A stretch of DNA of 64,000 bases from Paraspadella gotoi. Taxonomy: Eukaryota; Animalia; Chaetognatha. This document shows positions 1 through 11,526 of the stretch, one piece after another. The stretch is from contig CM119267.1 of assembly GCA_051294375.1 (NCBI GenBank), positions 9,263,709 through 9,327,708 of the forward strand, read 5' to 3'. A program made the translations under genes and the position numbers. The notes under the pieces are model-generated. The model made no database searches and was not told the DNA's origin. It worked only from the letters and a program-made list of their open reading frames with translations. The number at the start of each line of letters is the position of its first letter. Position 1 is the stretch's first letter.

Positions 1-615
1 GCCTCTTTCGTTCCGATCGCCGTTGAGTCGGGCTTTTCTTTTCACCACGCCCAACACGGCTACGTTTTTCTCAAGAGGTGGCTCTCCTCTGAGCCAGACT
101 CTTATCCCCCCTTCGCCAATCATTACCTCGGGGTCGCTGGTTTAGTGATCGACGAGTCGCTCGATCACCTGCTGGTCGTTCGCGAACGCTTCGCATACTC
201 CAATCTATGGAAACTCCCGGGTGGAGCCGCCGAAAATGGGGAAAACATCGAGGACGTGGCGGTTCGCGAGGTGTTGGAAGAGACTGGCGTCGAGACCGAG
301 TTCGTCGCCGTCCTCTGCTTTCGTCAGATACACCAGTTCCGTCACGGATGCTCCGACTTCTACTTCGTCTGCCACTTACGACCGAAGACGATCGAGATTA
401 AAAAGTGCGACGTGGAGATAGAAGAGTGTCGATGGATGAATTTGGACGAGTATTTGAAATTGGAGTCGACGACAGCTATGAACAGATTCTTTGTCGAGTG
501 TTATTTAGATTATTGCGAGCAAAAGAAGTTTAGAGGATACATTGGGAAAAAGAGTGTTTATCATCATATTAACAAAGTCTATTGCAACATTTTTAGCATT
601 CATGGAGAAAAGTGA
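1..615 (+). CDS. NUDT6: Nudix hydrolase 6-like (5' end outside window)
   Basis: Frame open from base 1 (GFSFHHAQHGYVFLKRWL...PPFANHYLGVAGLV); Nudix box GGAAENGENIEDVAVREVLEETGV; FGCSDxYF-like motif. Confidence 0.85.
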   Translation, partial: ASFVPIAVESGFSFHHAQHGYVFLKRWLSSEPDSYPPFANHYLGVAGLVIDESLDHLLVVRERFAYSNLWKLPGGAAENGENIEDVAVREVLEETGVETEFVAVLCFRQIHQFRHGCSDFYFVCHLRPKTIEIKKCDVEIEECRWMNLDEYLKLESTTAMNRFFVECYLDYCEQKKFRGYIGKKSVYHHINKVYCNIFSIHGEK

Positions 616-751
616 GGTTCGCTGATTTTTCGATTTCTCATTTTTATATTGAAAAGCAAACTGGTGGTTATAGTCGAATAGTATAATTTTTTCTTACCTT
701 TTCATTTTTCTCTTGACATGTCAATAGACTTTAAAAAGCCAGTAAATTAAA

Positions 752-1295
752 ATGTCAAGACTTATCAACTTTAGTCAAATTTGTCACCTCCGGCCTAATG
801 GGTTATATACATCTTACTTATCTACCTCCAACTTCATGAGTTCCACGACGCATCAACCTGTAGGTTCATCATCGGATCATCTAGCCAAAGGTAAATTCCT
901 TTTAGACTGTAGTCACTAGTCAGTGTAGTCACGACTGAAGGAGCAATGCTTAAAGGCGGGGTGAACTTATGCAATGCCCGACTATAAGACGTCTCCAAAG
1001 CAATCTATTATTTTCGACGGTAGAACGGATTTTTACGATTTTTTTTTCTTTTTTAGCCAAAAGATGGCTGCGCCTTCGTGTCGCCGGTGCTCTCTTGATT
1101 GGGGCTCTGGGAATATACGCCACGGCTCAATTCGCCAAATTCATGGATAAAGATAGCCAACCGCTCGAGTCTCAAATGGGCGATCACCAATCTCTCGACT
1201 CCGATGGAAATAAGCCAGAGAAAAATTTGGAAGCCGAAAAAGAGAAAAAATCTCGACATCGTCATTATCCTATTGTGTTGGGACCTAATCGTTGA
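752..1295 (+). CDS. Small single-TM protein of unknown function, 2 exons (752-890, 1057-1295)
   Basis: ATG at 752, GT donor at 891, TTTTAG acceptor at 1056 joins in phase; one hydrophobic helix RVAGALLIGALGIYATAQF. Confidence 0.55.
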
Positions 1296-1448
1296 TATTA
1301 TTCTATTATTTTACATATTTTTGTGATTTTAATGCGATTTAACTAAATGAAACTTTTATTTTATGTTCAATTTTATTTTTACTTTTTACTTTTTATTTTC
1401 GTTGTCCTAAAAAGGCGTCATAATTTTGTTCCGACTGCAACCAAGATA

Positions 1449-2390
1449 ATGGACTGTCAATCCCTTCTTCGTTTGGCCTCGGTCCTCGTTCCCCTCTCCC
1501 TTCTCCTCTTCCTCTTTCGACGAAGAAAGCGCGAGAGCCCCTTGAGTCTACAAGGACGCGTCGTTGCTGTGACCGGCGCCAGTTCGGGTCTGGGCGCCTC
1601 TTGCGCCAAACTCTTTCATTCTATAGGCTGTCGGGTGGTTCTTTGCGGTCGGGATGTGGCTGCGCTGGAACGCCTCGCCGTGGCTTTCGACCAGGAAGAT
1701 TCCAATTCCTTCGTGGCGCGACATCGTCCTAAGTGCGTCCACCTTGATCTCGCCGACTACGCCTCGGTCAAGAGTTCGGCCGAAGCCATCGCCTCCGCTT
1801 TTGGTGCAGTAGACATTCTGATTAACAACGCCGGAATCAGTTACCGCGGAGAAATCCGCGACACTGACGTCGCGGTGGACGTCAAGCTCATGACTGTAAA
1901 CTACTTGAGCCAAGTCGCTCTCACTAAGGCGTTGTTGCCGCGATTGCTCGACCAAGCGGAAGGCCAGCGTTCCCACATTGTCTCGATCAGCAGCGTTCAA
2001 GGAAAGATCTCCATTCCCTTTCGCTCCGCCTACTCTGCCTCCAAGCACGCGCTCCAGAGTTTTTTCGACTGCTTGCGTGCCGAAATGGCGGCGGAGTGTC
2101 TATCGATTCACGTGGTTAGTCCTGGTTACATGAAGACCAACCTCTCCATCAACGCGGTTACGGGTGACGGCGCTACATACGGTGTCCTCGACGAAACGAC
2201 GGCCTCCGGCGCCTCTCCGGACGACGTCGCTCGTGACGTTGTCGACTGTATTCTTCGGGAAAGACAAGACTTCGTTGTAGCGCCGGTCCATGTGAGGTTA
2301 GCGATTTACTTAAGAGCCCTGGTCCCTGCGCTTTATTTCCTTCTTATGAAAAAGAGGGCTTTAAAATATTACAAACAGAAAAACATGTAA
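1449..2390 (+). CDS. DHRS7B: Short-chain dehydrogenase/reductase, DHRS7B-like
   Basis: N-terminal TM anchor, TGASSGLG, NNAG, YSASK catalytic motif, SSVQGKISIPFRSAY. Confidence 0.85.
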   Translation: MDCQSLLRLASVLVPLSLLLFLFRRRKRESPLSLQGRVVAVTGASSGLGASCAKLFHSIGCRVVLCGRDVAALERLAVAFDQEDSNSFVARHRPKCVHLDLADYASVKSSAEAIASAFGAVDILINNAGISYRGEIRDTDVAVDVKLMTVNYLSQVALTKALLPRLLDQAEGQRSHIVSISSVQGKISIPFRSAYSASKHALQSFFDCLRAEMAAECLSIHVVSPGYMKTNLSINAVTGDGATYGVLDETTASGASPDDVARDVVDCILRERQDFVVAPVHVRLAIYLRALVPALYFLLMKKRALKYYKQKNM

Positions 2391-2469
2391 ATTATTCTTA
2401 CCAACTACAATGTTTTGGTTTTCCATTAACATTTCATTTGTTTAACTTAAGAATAATTATACTGAGAAA

Positions 2470-3552
2470 ATGGGGGAAAGTGATTTAAATATGACTGCAA
2501 TGGAGGCTGCCTACGAACGTATTAAAAAATCTGATTTTGTGATTCGTACTCCGATTTGGAAAGACTGCCTCAAACGATTCCATAAGGTTTTGCCCCATGT
2601 CGGCGGTAAAACAAGGTTACACCTGAAACTAGAAAACTGTCAAATCGGCGGGTCGTTTAAGACGAGGGGTGTCGTCAATCAAGTTGGTTCCATGAATCGG
2701 GTCCCTAGTGTCCCCACCCTCGTTACAATGTCGGCCGGTAACTATGGAAAAGCGTTTGCATGCGTCTTGAAGCAGAACGGTATCGATGGTCATGTTGTGA
2801 TGCCTAATTCCGTTCCTCCTGAACGAGTTAGTCTAATACGATACCTCGGATGTCAAGTCGAGCAGGTGAAATTATACACAGAATATTTAATTATACACAG
2901 AATATTTGGTTTTGGTTTAAAAGTGAACGAAATGTTTGAAAAATTTTAGGTCGACGTTAGTCTTTTGCAAGAAACTGTCAACAAACGAGTGGCAGAAGAC
3001 GGTATGAAATTTCTTCACAGTTACGACGATATCGATTTAATCGCGGGTCATGCTTCCTTGGGCCTTGAGATTTTAGAGGACTGCCAACCTGAAATAGTTG
3101 TAGTGTGCTGCGGTGGCGGGGGTTTGCTGGCCGGCGTCGCCGCCGCTCTAAAATCCAAGTACCCCAACTGCACGGTTTATGGGGTTGAGCCGGAAGGGGC
3201 TCCGACAATGCATAAAAGTTTTGAAAAGGGCGAACCGTTTTCTTTGCCCTCTGTAAAGAGCATCGCGTCCGGATTGTCTCCGCCCTATGCCGGCAAAAAA
3301 TGTTATCACATTTGTTCGAAGTTCGTGAAAAATATTTTGCTTGTAAGTGATGATGATTTGAAGGAAGGTGTGAGGATCTTGTACGAGGCCGGCATAGTCG
3401 CCGAACCCGCCGGCGCAGCTGCCTTCACCGCTTTGCTGAAAAATAAAATTCCGAACGTGGATGGAAAAGAAATTTGTGTGGTTATAACCGGATCTAACAT
3501 GTCTCCTCCACAGCTTTTGGAATTGACGGGTGAGTCTGGTGATTTTATTTAA
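2470..3552 (+). CDS. PLP-dependent serine racemase/threonine dehydratase-like enzyme, 2 exons (intron ~2866-2950)
   Basis: LKLENCQIGGSFKTRG PLP-lysine motif, SAGNYG, CGGGGLLAG, AEPAGAA. Confidence 0.85.
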
Positions 3553-3733
3553 AGTTAGCAGAAGTACCGCAGCGTATAACGTGTATTGTTTAATATGTAA
3601 ATCGAACCGAGTTTGAATTTTTTTTTTATTATATTTAAGTAAATAAATTGATGGTTAAAGATAGTGTTAATTATTACAGATTTCCGTTGTCCAGTTAGAA
3701 ATAAATTCTTAGTAACATTATTTGGATGAAAGC

Positions 3734-4372
3734 ATGGCATCTTTTCGAGTGGCTTCGTGGTTGATTAGGGCCTGTTCCACCAGCGCCAAGTCTGAGACGA
3801 CCAAATTGGTTAAAGCTCCAATCCAAGTTTATGGCCAAGAAGGGCGGTACGCTCATGCGTTGTACAGTGCCGCCCACAAAGAAAATGCTCTCGACAAGAT
3901 GGAAGGCGATTTGAAGACAGTTCAGACCTTGTTCAAGGACAACCCTGATCTCAAAGGCTTTCTTATGAATCCAAGCGTACAGAGAACAGACAAGACCGAA
4001 GTCGTTAAGGCCGTCCTAGAGAAAAGTTCGATTTCCCATCTCGTCAAAAACCTGTTCATCGTCATGGCAGAAAATGGTGCCTTGCCAAAGACTAATAACA
4101 TCATCGCAGCTTTCACAAAGATCATGTGCGCCAAGAGAGGCGAGGTGGTTGTTGTCGTCACCACGGCCAAAGAGTTGAGCTCTTCTCAGATGAGCAGCCT
4201 GCAGGACGCACTTAGGGGATTTGTTAAAGAAGGTGAAGTGATTAAACTCTCGACTTCCGTCAATCCTGCGCTCGTCGGAGGCATGACCGTCAGCATCGGA
4301 GATCGTTTTATCGATATGTCAATCGCATCCAAAATAACCACCTACAAGAACTTGATTAAGCAAGACTTGTAA
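3734..4372 (+). CDS. ATP5PO: ATP synthase subunit OSCP
   Basis: APIQVYGQEGRYAHALYSAA and VNPALVGGMTVSIGDRFIDMSIASKI match OSCP; intronless. Confidence 0.95.
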   Translation: MASFRVASWLIRACSTSAKSETTKLVKAPIQVYGQEGRYAHALYSAAHKENALDKMEGDLKTVQTLFKDNPDLKGFLMNPSVQRTDKTEVVKAVLEKSSISHLVKNLFIVMAENGALPKTNNIIAAFTKIMCAKRGEVVVVVTTAKELSSSQMSSLQDALRGFVKEGEVIKLSTSVNPALVGGMTVSIGDRFIDMSIASKITTYKNLIKQDL

Positions 4373-4574
4373 TCATATGTTCTTATATTAAGTGAAGACG
4401 ATGTGTGTGCTTCTTTTTCCGGGCGTGAAGTAGTCTATTAATCTATACGTACTTTTATGAGATTATCAGAATGAAATTTAATAATTTCGTTCATACATTT
4501 ATGGAGATAAGATTTATTGCATGACATGTTTTATTTCTCTACTTGTTCTTACAGGATGCGAACTTTTTTTAAAA

Positions 4575-6089
4575 ATGGATTCTGAAATTGTTTATCAAGC
4601 ATTATTGACGCTTTTTACGAAGAGGGCTTTCCTCGAGGAATGGCGAATTATTGTGGAGAGCGATTACAGAATCATTCTTGAGAAACGCCTTGCATTCCCT
4701 TTCCGAAAAAGCCATCGTGATTCGGATTCGCTGGCTGAATTCGCGGAAAGAGATGACCTTAATCTCTTTCATCTAGACGTCAAACCTCTGCCGGAATCGG
4801 AAACTCGACCCGATTCGCGACTGGATTCACTTTTAGAACCCATCGTAAAACGGGAGAAAGTTGATGCTAATGACAGCGGAGTTGAATGGAGCGGATCGAG
4901 TCCGGACGGCGACGTCATTGTTCCCAATCTCGAAATACTAGATCCGGACGAAGAAGCTCCTTCGACGGAAATCGCTGAGGAATCAGAGATCAATTCCCCT
5001 GAACCTTTATCTCCCACTGGCCAATCAATGCTAGAAAAACCAAAACTGATTAAGAAAACTTCCAGGACAAAAAAAGTCTTGAAACGAAGCATCAAGAGAA
5101 TCGTCAAAAAGGAATGCCCTCTATGCAAAACTTCCAATTACGGCAACAAATATCTCCGGACCCACATCAAAAGGTGTCATCCGGAATTTCTGACCGAGGA
5201 CGAAAAACGAGAAGAGGCCGACCGGGAACTCTCGGAGAGGACGTGCACCATATGCGCCAAGGTTTTCGTGACCAAAGGAGGACTCACTGTTCACATGAAG
5301 GAGATTCACCTCCGCGACAGCATCGACGATCGCACGTGTCCTCACTGCTTGAAGGTCTTGTCATCAAAACGGAGAAGGGAGGAACACATTGCGACCCTGC
5401 ACGACGAAGGTCGTGTCGGTGGGCCCTTTCCTTGCGACTATTGTGGAAAACCTTTCGGTACGAAAGATAAGCTTCGGATCCACAAACAGCGAATGTGTCC
5501 CGAAAATAGAACCGCTGCCATTTGTTCGGTCTGCGGAAGAACTTACGTCAATCCCAAGAGTCTTCGGTTGCATCTGCTACAGGAACACCCAGAAGACTAC
5601 AAACCGGAAAACGACAGCGATAGACGGCTACTTAACCTGAAGACGGCTTGCTATATTTGCGGAAAGGAGATGAGGAGGATGAGTTTGAAACACCACATTG
5701 CTCACGTGCATCAGCAGATTCAACGAACTTTCGGTTGCAAAATCTGCCAGGAAAAGTTCACCTCGTTCTCTTTATATAACGCACATTTAAAAGAGGTTCA
5801 TAGACACGTGCCAAAAAGGAAAGCGTGTGGAACATGCGGAAAAACTTTCAGCACTTGTCACAGTCTCAGAAATCATGAAAGGGGAGTTCATCTCGGTATT
5901 CGTTATCAGTGCGAATTGTGCCCCTCGAGTTTTTTCTCTAAAAAGGACAGGAAAGATCATGTTAACAGCGTGCATCTTGGCAATAAACACCAATGTCCAG
6001 AATGTCCTCGCGAATTCAATCGTCGATCGGAACTAAATCGACATAAGCGGAACGTTCATAACATTAACACTACGCCTACTGTTTCTTAA
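4575..6089 (+). CDS. Multi-C2H2 zinc-finger protein
   Basis: About 10 CxxC...HxxxH repeats in the C-terminal two thirds. Confidence 0.9.
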   Translation: MDSEIVYQALLTLFTKRAFLEEWRIIVESDYRIILEKRLAFPFRKSHRDSDSLAEFAERDDLNLFHLDVKPLPESETRPDSRLDSLLEPIVKREKVDANDSGVEWSGSSPDGDVIVPNLEILDPDEEAPSTEIAEESEINSPEPLSPTGQSMLEKPKLIKKTSRTKKVLKRSIKRIVKKECPLCKTSNYGNKYLRTHIKRCHPEFLTEDEKREEADRELSERTCTICAKVFVTKGGLTVHMKEIHLRDSIDDRTCPHCLKVLSSKRRREEHIATLHDEGRVGGPFPCDYCGKPFGTKDKLRIHKQRMCPENRTAAICSVCGRTYVNPKSLRLHLLQEHPEDYKPENDSDRRLLNLKTACYICGKEMRRMSLKHHIAHVHQQIQRTFGCKICQEKFTSFSLYNAHLKEVHRHVPKRKACGTCGKTFSTCHSLRNHERGVHLGIRYQCELCPSSFFSKKDRKDHVNSVHLGNKHQCPECPREFNRRSELNRHKRNVHNINTTPTVS

Positions 6090-6426
6090 AGTATTTCCAC
6101 GTCATGCATTCGATAATCGATAGTCTCTATGAGGTTAGGAATTTTGACGCACTAGGTACAGTTACAGAATTTGGAGTTAAACATATTACATAAAGCGTTT
6201 TATTTTCTTCGTTTTATTTGGACTATTGTTTTATTTTGGCTGTTGATTTTAGAATATATTGCTACGGCTAATCTTTTTTTATCCATTCTTGCGATTTATA
6301 TTTATCGTCGTAAAAATTCTTTACAGACGTTTTGCTTTCAAGTCGAATCAATGAACATGTGATTTTCTCGTATTACCGTTACTCTGTCGGAAAATGTGAT
6401 TGAAAACTGTAAAAGTAAAACTGAAG

Positions 6427-9375
6427 ATGGCTTCTTTCGTTCGGCCGTGCCGAAACATATCGTTCGTTTTACTTTTTGTTGCGGCAAAGGTTCTATTAGT
6501 CACCGATGCTTTGCTATGCAAATGCGACGTTTGCGAGAATCACACGTGTGAAGTTGACGGAGGAGTTTGTTTCACGACGGCTATGAAAAAGGTAAGATTT
6601 TTTTTTTATAATCTCTTTTTATATCGCCAGACGGGCTAAGGCCCATCTTGGGCCAGATATTGGTTCGCTTCTGCTTCCTTGTGACTATCGTCGTCATGTT
6701 TTTTTACGATTAAAAATTGTAAAAGTGTGTAACCATAAGAAATTATAAATTTAGATTTGGTTATCATCATGTTTTATTTAAAAAACAATTATTTATTTAT
6801 TTATTTATTTATTGAAAAGATAGTAATTATTGTTATGTGTTAGTGACAGAGCCGTTCAATATAAGCAGTCCCTGAGCTTCGGATCAGGCTGTAACACCAT
6901 GTTACAGGCGGGTTAAGCGCACCGTCCTTAACTGCAAGGCGACCACCAGGCTAGAACCCCGGACCTTTGGGTTGGGAGGCAAAATGACTTGCCTCCGGCA
7001 CCAAAGGCCGCTGATGAACGTTTGGTAGGTTTTTTAGTCCACTGTGGCAGCAAGACTTAAAGCTGCCTCACTGATGTCCGTCCTCAGCCTCGTCTCAATG
7101 GCTGAGCAGGCTAAATCATCTCATTCCATCCGTGCGTCCCGGGTTCAATCCCTGGGTATCCCGGTTCTGGCTTAAATGTGACGGTGCCGGTATAAACATG
7201 CCAGTGACAGGAGGCGGTCACTGAGGGTCCGCAGCCCCTACGCGAGTTGGTGAGATACCCCGCGCCCCGGGTATCACAGGCTATCCTCCCGTTGCCATAC
7301 CACCATATTATTTATATAAAAAAATAATAAAATTATAATTTATTCTTATAAAAGTGTGATAATAAAGTTTGTTTTATTTGTGAATAATAACTTATCGCGT
7401 CAATGAATGATTATCATCATATCAATACTGATTATCATAGCATCAATAATGATTATCATCGCATCAATAGTGACTATCATCAATTATTATTATATCAATT
7501 ATTATCACAAATCATTCTTTTTTTCCCTGATTTTTTCATTAACTTTCTTTGATAGTAACGTCTGGCGAGATCACTATACATTTAAGATTTTTTAAAATTG
7601 TTTACATAATTATATTTATTAAATTTAAGTCAAACGACGTCCTGGAATTCGGATACAGGTGCTTTGAAAAAAATCATATATTTCCGCCTCAAAACCCAAT
7701 ACTTTGTCAAAACTCTAAAACGACGGAGAGCACGTTCAGCATTCTGGTAGTTTGTTAAACATTAGTCACAATTCCATTTCACTCAGAAATTAAAACGATT
7801 TTCTAATGGATTTCAGTGCTGCAATTCTCACGATTATTGCAACGTGAATCTACACCCTCGTCTGACTAACCCGGAAGCGTCACCTGCGTCGGCCCTTACT
7901 GCGGATCAGTTTGCGCATGAACGCTGGTCCACGTCGGAGATGACGTTGATGGTCGCAGCCCCGATTTGTATAATTTGTGTTTTAGTTACGGCTCTGTTAT
8001 TGATGTTGCATTGGAGGCGAATGAAACAAAGCTACATGCACGTTCCTCCAGTTCCTTACGCAGGTGACGATGAGTGAATCTTCAAATAAATTGTACAATG
8101 TACATACTACAATTTTTCTCCTCTTAACTAATTTTTTTTCCCAGATTTTTGTCCCGGAGTCCAGGCGCGTCACGGAACCACGAGTCTTTCTGCGTTGGTC
8201 GACGACTGGGTTCACTCAGGATCGGGATCTGGTCTCCCTCTTTTGGTTCAGCGAACTATCGCCAGAACCATTCAGTTGCAGGTTTGTGTACACACAGAGA
8301 GGAAAAATTAACGCTTGTAATTTTCTAGCTTAAGTGGTGCGCGAACCAAAGACCGCTTGCAGTCAGGCAGATTGCGATATTGAATGTTGTCACACCATAG
8401 TTATTTTTTTAGGAATGCATCGGGAATGGGCGTTACGGACAAGTTTGGCGAGGATGTTGGCGTGGCGAGTTTGTGGCGGTAAAAATATTTTCGTCTCGCG
8501 AGGAGCAATCGTGGTTCCGAGAGGCGGAGCTTTATCAAACAGTTATGTTGAGGCACGAAAATATATTGGGTTTTATCGCCGCAGATAATAAAGGTAAAAC
8601 CATTCAATACTTGTTTTTGTTGCTACTTTTCTGCAATTATAGTTTTTCCTACTCTTCAGACATTGGCCTTTGGACGCAATTGTGGCTCGTCACAGAGTAC
8701 ATGGCTAACGGGTCTCTGTTCGATTATTTGAGTGGCCACACCGTTGACGTAACCGTCCTGTGCCGCATGAGCGCCTCGGTGGCGGCAGGGCTGGCGCACC
8801 TTCATATGGAGATCGTGGGTGCCCAGGGCAAGCCCGCTATAGCTCACCGCGACCTAAAGTCAAAAAATGTGCTGGTCAAACCCGACCTTTCTTGCTGCAT
8901 AGCGGATTTGGGCCTCGCTGTTAGGTACGATGCCGCCGAGGATTCCATAGATTTGGCCCCGAATCACCGCGTCGGCACGACTCGTTACATGGCGCCTGAG
9001 GTCCTCGACGCGTCTATTAATGCGGTCCAATTCGAGTCGTTTAAACGCGCCGACATATACGCTCTTGGCTTGGTATTATGGGAAATTGCTCGTCGTACAC
9101 GTTACGGCGATTTCTGGGAAGAGTTCCAATTGCCCTTTTTTGACTCGGTGCCGCCCGATCCAACCGTGGAAGAGATGCGAGCCGCGGTCTGCGCGCGGGG
9201 GGTACGTCCCTCGGTGCCCAACAGGTGGATCAGTCACCCCGTCCTCTCGCAAATGACCAACCTTATGAAGGAGTGCTGGAGGGGCAACCCAGCCGCCAGG
9301 CTCACTGCTCTGCGCGTCAAAAAGTCTTTGGCTGTGATCGCGGGATTTGACGACGCAAAAAAAATGGCTGTGTGA
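6427..9375 (+). CDS. TGFBR1: TGF-beta/activin type I receptor (ALK4/5/7, Baboon-like), ~6 exons
   Basis: Signal peptide, Cys-rich ectodomain, TM helix, GS box ([17 protein letters not shown]), kinase with L45 loop [23 protein letters not shown]. Confidence 0.9.
6813..7049 (-). mobile_element. Solo copy of the tRNA-headed LTR (family A)
   Basis: Reverse complement closely matches 11945-12177; TG...CA ends on the minus strand. Confidence 0.7.
7072..7305 (+). mobile_element. tRNA-headed structured repeat (family B; SINE- or solo-LTR-like)
   Basis: A-box TGGCTGAGCAGG (7099), B-box GGTTCAATCCC (7142); 3' module 7200-7305 homologous to minus strand of 21402-21507. Confidence 0.55.
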
Positions 9376-10154
9376 CGGAAACAACAAATATTTCTTCAAC
9401 CTTTTGCGTCGTTATATTTGATAGCATAATGAACCATCACAAGCTCGTTCAAAAAAAAAAATTGTATGCATGTTATTGTGACAAATATTTTATAAAAATA
9501 TAAATGAGGTCTGACGAGACATATCAATATGATTTTTAATACAAACTTTATTTTCTAACAACAAAATTAAAATGTTTAAAAATTATAACAACGATTTAAA
9601 CCGTTTATGGCTTGCCAACGGCAAGTTCAACTCTTAAATGTTTACAACTATATGTATCTACTATTTTAACGTAAACATTTTTACTTTTTTTGGGACTTCC
9701 CCCAATGATACTTATGCTTATGTTTACGTAGAATTTTCACAGCTTTAAGTTTGTAGATCATAGGGCAAACACGGATTCCTTTCTGGTATCTATACTAATT
9801 TTATTCCCTCACACTTTTATGGCGGTGTACTAAAGGGAGGGATACGTGATCTCTCGCATTTTCGAGTTAAGTTCAGTAAATTTGCCTGGGAAGGAGAATC
9901 CGATTCTCCTGCTCGTCTTTCAAACGATTTACATTTTGCTAAACAAACTCATTTTATCCATATTACACGTGGAAAAATGGAGTTGGGACTGTTTGCAATT
10001 TTTATAACGTTCTGTTATTTTTTTCCTCTTTTGTGTCCAAAGTGATACCTTAGTCTTAATTTTGCCGCTTTTTTATCGCTTTATACCTTAGAATCCATTA
10101 ACTTTAAAACTGATCTTCCGTGAAATGAAGCCAATAGGACTCTAGACGCAAGTC

Positions 10155-10460
10155 ATGGGATTGATAAGTAGAATTATAAAGATTCAGTTGGCCGAGAGGG
10201 AAAAAGAACCGAAACGACGAATCTTCAAAAAAGAAGTTTCTTTCGCCGGTTGGTATCGCTCACGATTTTACAACTGGCTGAAACTACAATCCGCGACGAA
10301 GCAGCTGTTAACCCTCAGCGGTATTTTTTTTGTGGTGTCCAGCAGTTTTGCGTATTATTTTAAGGCCGTAAGGCCGACCAAACGAAGACAAAAGGTAAAG
10401 GAGGAAGTACAATCGCTGATCGAATCTCGGGGTTGGGGAAAACCGGAGAAGACAGAATGA
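10155..10460 (+). CDS. Small single-TM protein (101 aa), upstream cistron overlapping CSKMT
   Basis: ATG in good context (GTCATGG), TM helix LLTLSGIFFVVSSSFAYYF followed by a basic segment. Confidence 0.6.
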   Translation: MGLISRIIKIQLAEREKEPKRRIFKKEVSFAGWYRSRFYNWLKLQSATKQLLTLSGIFFVVSSSFAYYFKAVRPTKRRQKVKEEVQSLIESRGWGKPEKTE

Positions 10461-11173
10461 ATTCCATCCGTCGAGCGATTCGCCCGGCAAAATCTATTCG
10501 TCGCTTCTCTTCTTTCGACGGTCTCGGCGACAAAAATTTGAGTTTAAAATCGACTTGGGACGATTTCTATCGTCGCAAGCCGAGCGAAGAGAAGTTCGAA
10601 TGGTTCTTGGAGACGGAAGATGTCGCTAACGAAATCCGAAAGCTCGTTGGCGACGATTACCTCACGTTCACTCAGCCACCCTTGCGTTTGGCGGATATAG
10701 GCTGCGGTACGTCCGATGTTTTTCCTACTCTTTACCGGAGTGAGTCACGACCTTTGATCCTTGACTGTGTGGACTTTTGCGAAGGGGCGGTGGCGAATTT
10801 GCAACGTCGTAGCTTTTCTGAGATTTCAACTCCGGCTAATCCCTTTTCCTCGATACGTTTTCACGTCGCCGATGCCAAACAGCTTCCTTTTGCCGACCAA
10901 TCCATCGATCTCGTTGTCGACAAAGGCCTAGGAGATGCAGTTTTGAGAAGCTCTTCTCTTGGCGAATTTTCAGCTGTAGTGGACGAATTTCTCCGGATCC
11001 TTAATCCGAAACGAGTCGGGAAGATTTTTCAAGTCAGCGACGAGGATCCCGAAGCGCGCTTGGCCCTTTGGGAAGAAGAATCGTTACGGTTGGGCATGGT
11101 TTTCTCCGCCACTTTTCGAAGTTTTACTGTTGGAAATGACCGAGAAATATTCTTTTACTACATCAAGCTTTAA
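10457..11173 (+). CDS. CSKMT: Mitochondrial protein-lysine methyltransferase, METTL12/CSKMT-like
   Basis: Arg-rich presequence MNSIRRAIRPAKSIRRFSS, WDDFY, FEWF, DIGCGTS, VVDKG, QVSDEDPEARL. Confidence 0.75.
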   Translation: MNSIRRAIRPAKSIRRFSSFDGLGDKNLSLKSTWDDFYRRKPSEEKFEWFLETEDVANEIRKLVGDDYLTFTQPPLRLADIGCGTSDVFPTLYRSESRPLILDCVDFCEGAVANLQRRSFSEISTPANPFSSIRFHVADAKQLPFADQSIDLVVDKGLGDAVLRSSSLGEFSAVVDEFLRILNPKRVGKIFQVSDEDPEARLALWEEESLRLGMVFSATFRSFTVGNDREIFFYYIKL

Positions 11174-11526
11174 ATGTTAAATGATTTGATTGGAATTAAT
11201 TAAATTGTTGGACTCCCAGAACTCATTCGTTGGTTTCAAGTTTTGGGTGGTTTCAATCAGCCATTGTAATTGTATTTTATAAAATTCAGCTGTCGGTCGA
11301 CAAATTTAAAATTTATTCCAGCTCACGGACTCAAACACGAACATTTAGAAACGAAGAAAAAAGGAAATAAACTTCAAAACAGTGGATATTGCGGAACTGA
11401 TGTTATTTATTCGTTGATTTTTTTTCATTTTTAGCAGTTAAAAATAAATAAAAGTTGAAAATATATTAGTGGTTAAATTTTTTTTATCAATCATAGATGA
11501 TTGTCGATATGATTAAAAAATTTACA

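Larger units (their letters stand above)
6624..7568. mobile_element. Non-autonomous Helentron/HINE-like or MITE element in receptor intron 1, with nested inserts
   Basis: 10-bp inverted ends TCGCCAGACG/CGTCTGGCGA; both ends and the 22-bp minisatellite recur at 19020-20436. Confidence 0.55.

Noticed and set aside
7011-7020. CTGATGA as a hammerhead core in the family A repeat
   Set aside because: No downstream stem II plus GAAA, and the motif is not conserved in the 11945 copy.
9860-9915. Possible spliced-leader RNA gene near hairpin AGGAGAATC/GATTCTCCT
   Set aside because: No convincing donor plus Sm-site arrangement; one hairpin is insufficient.
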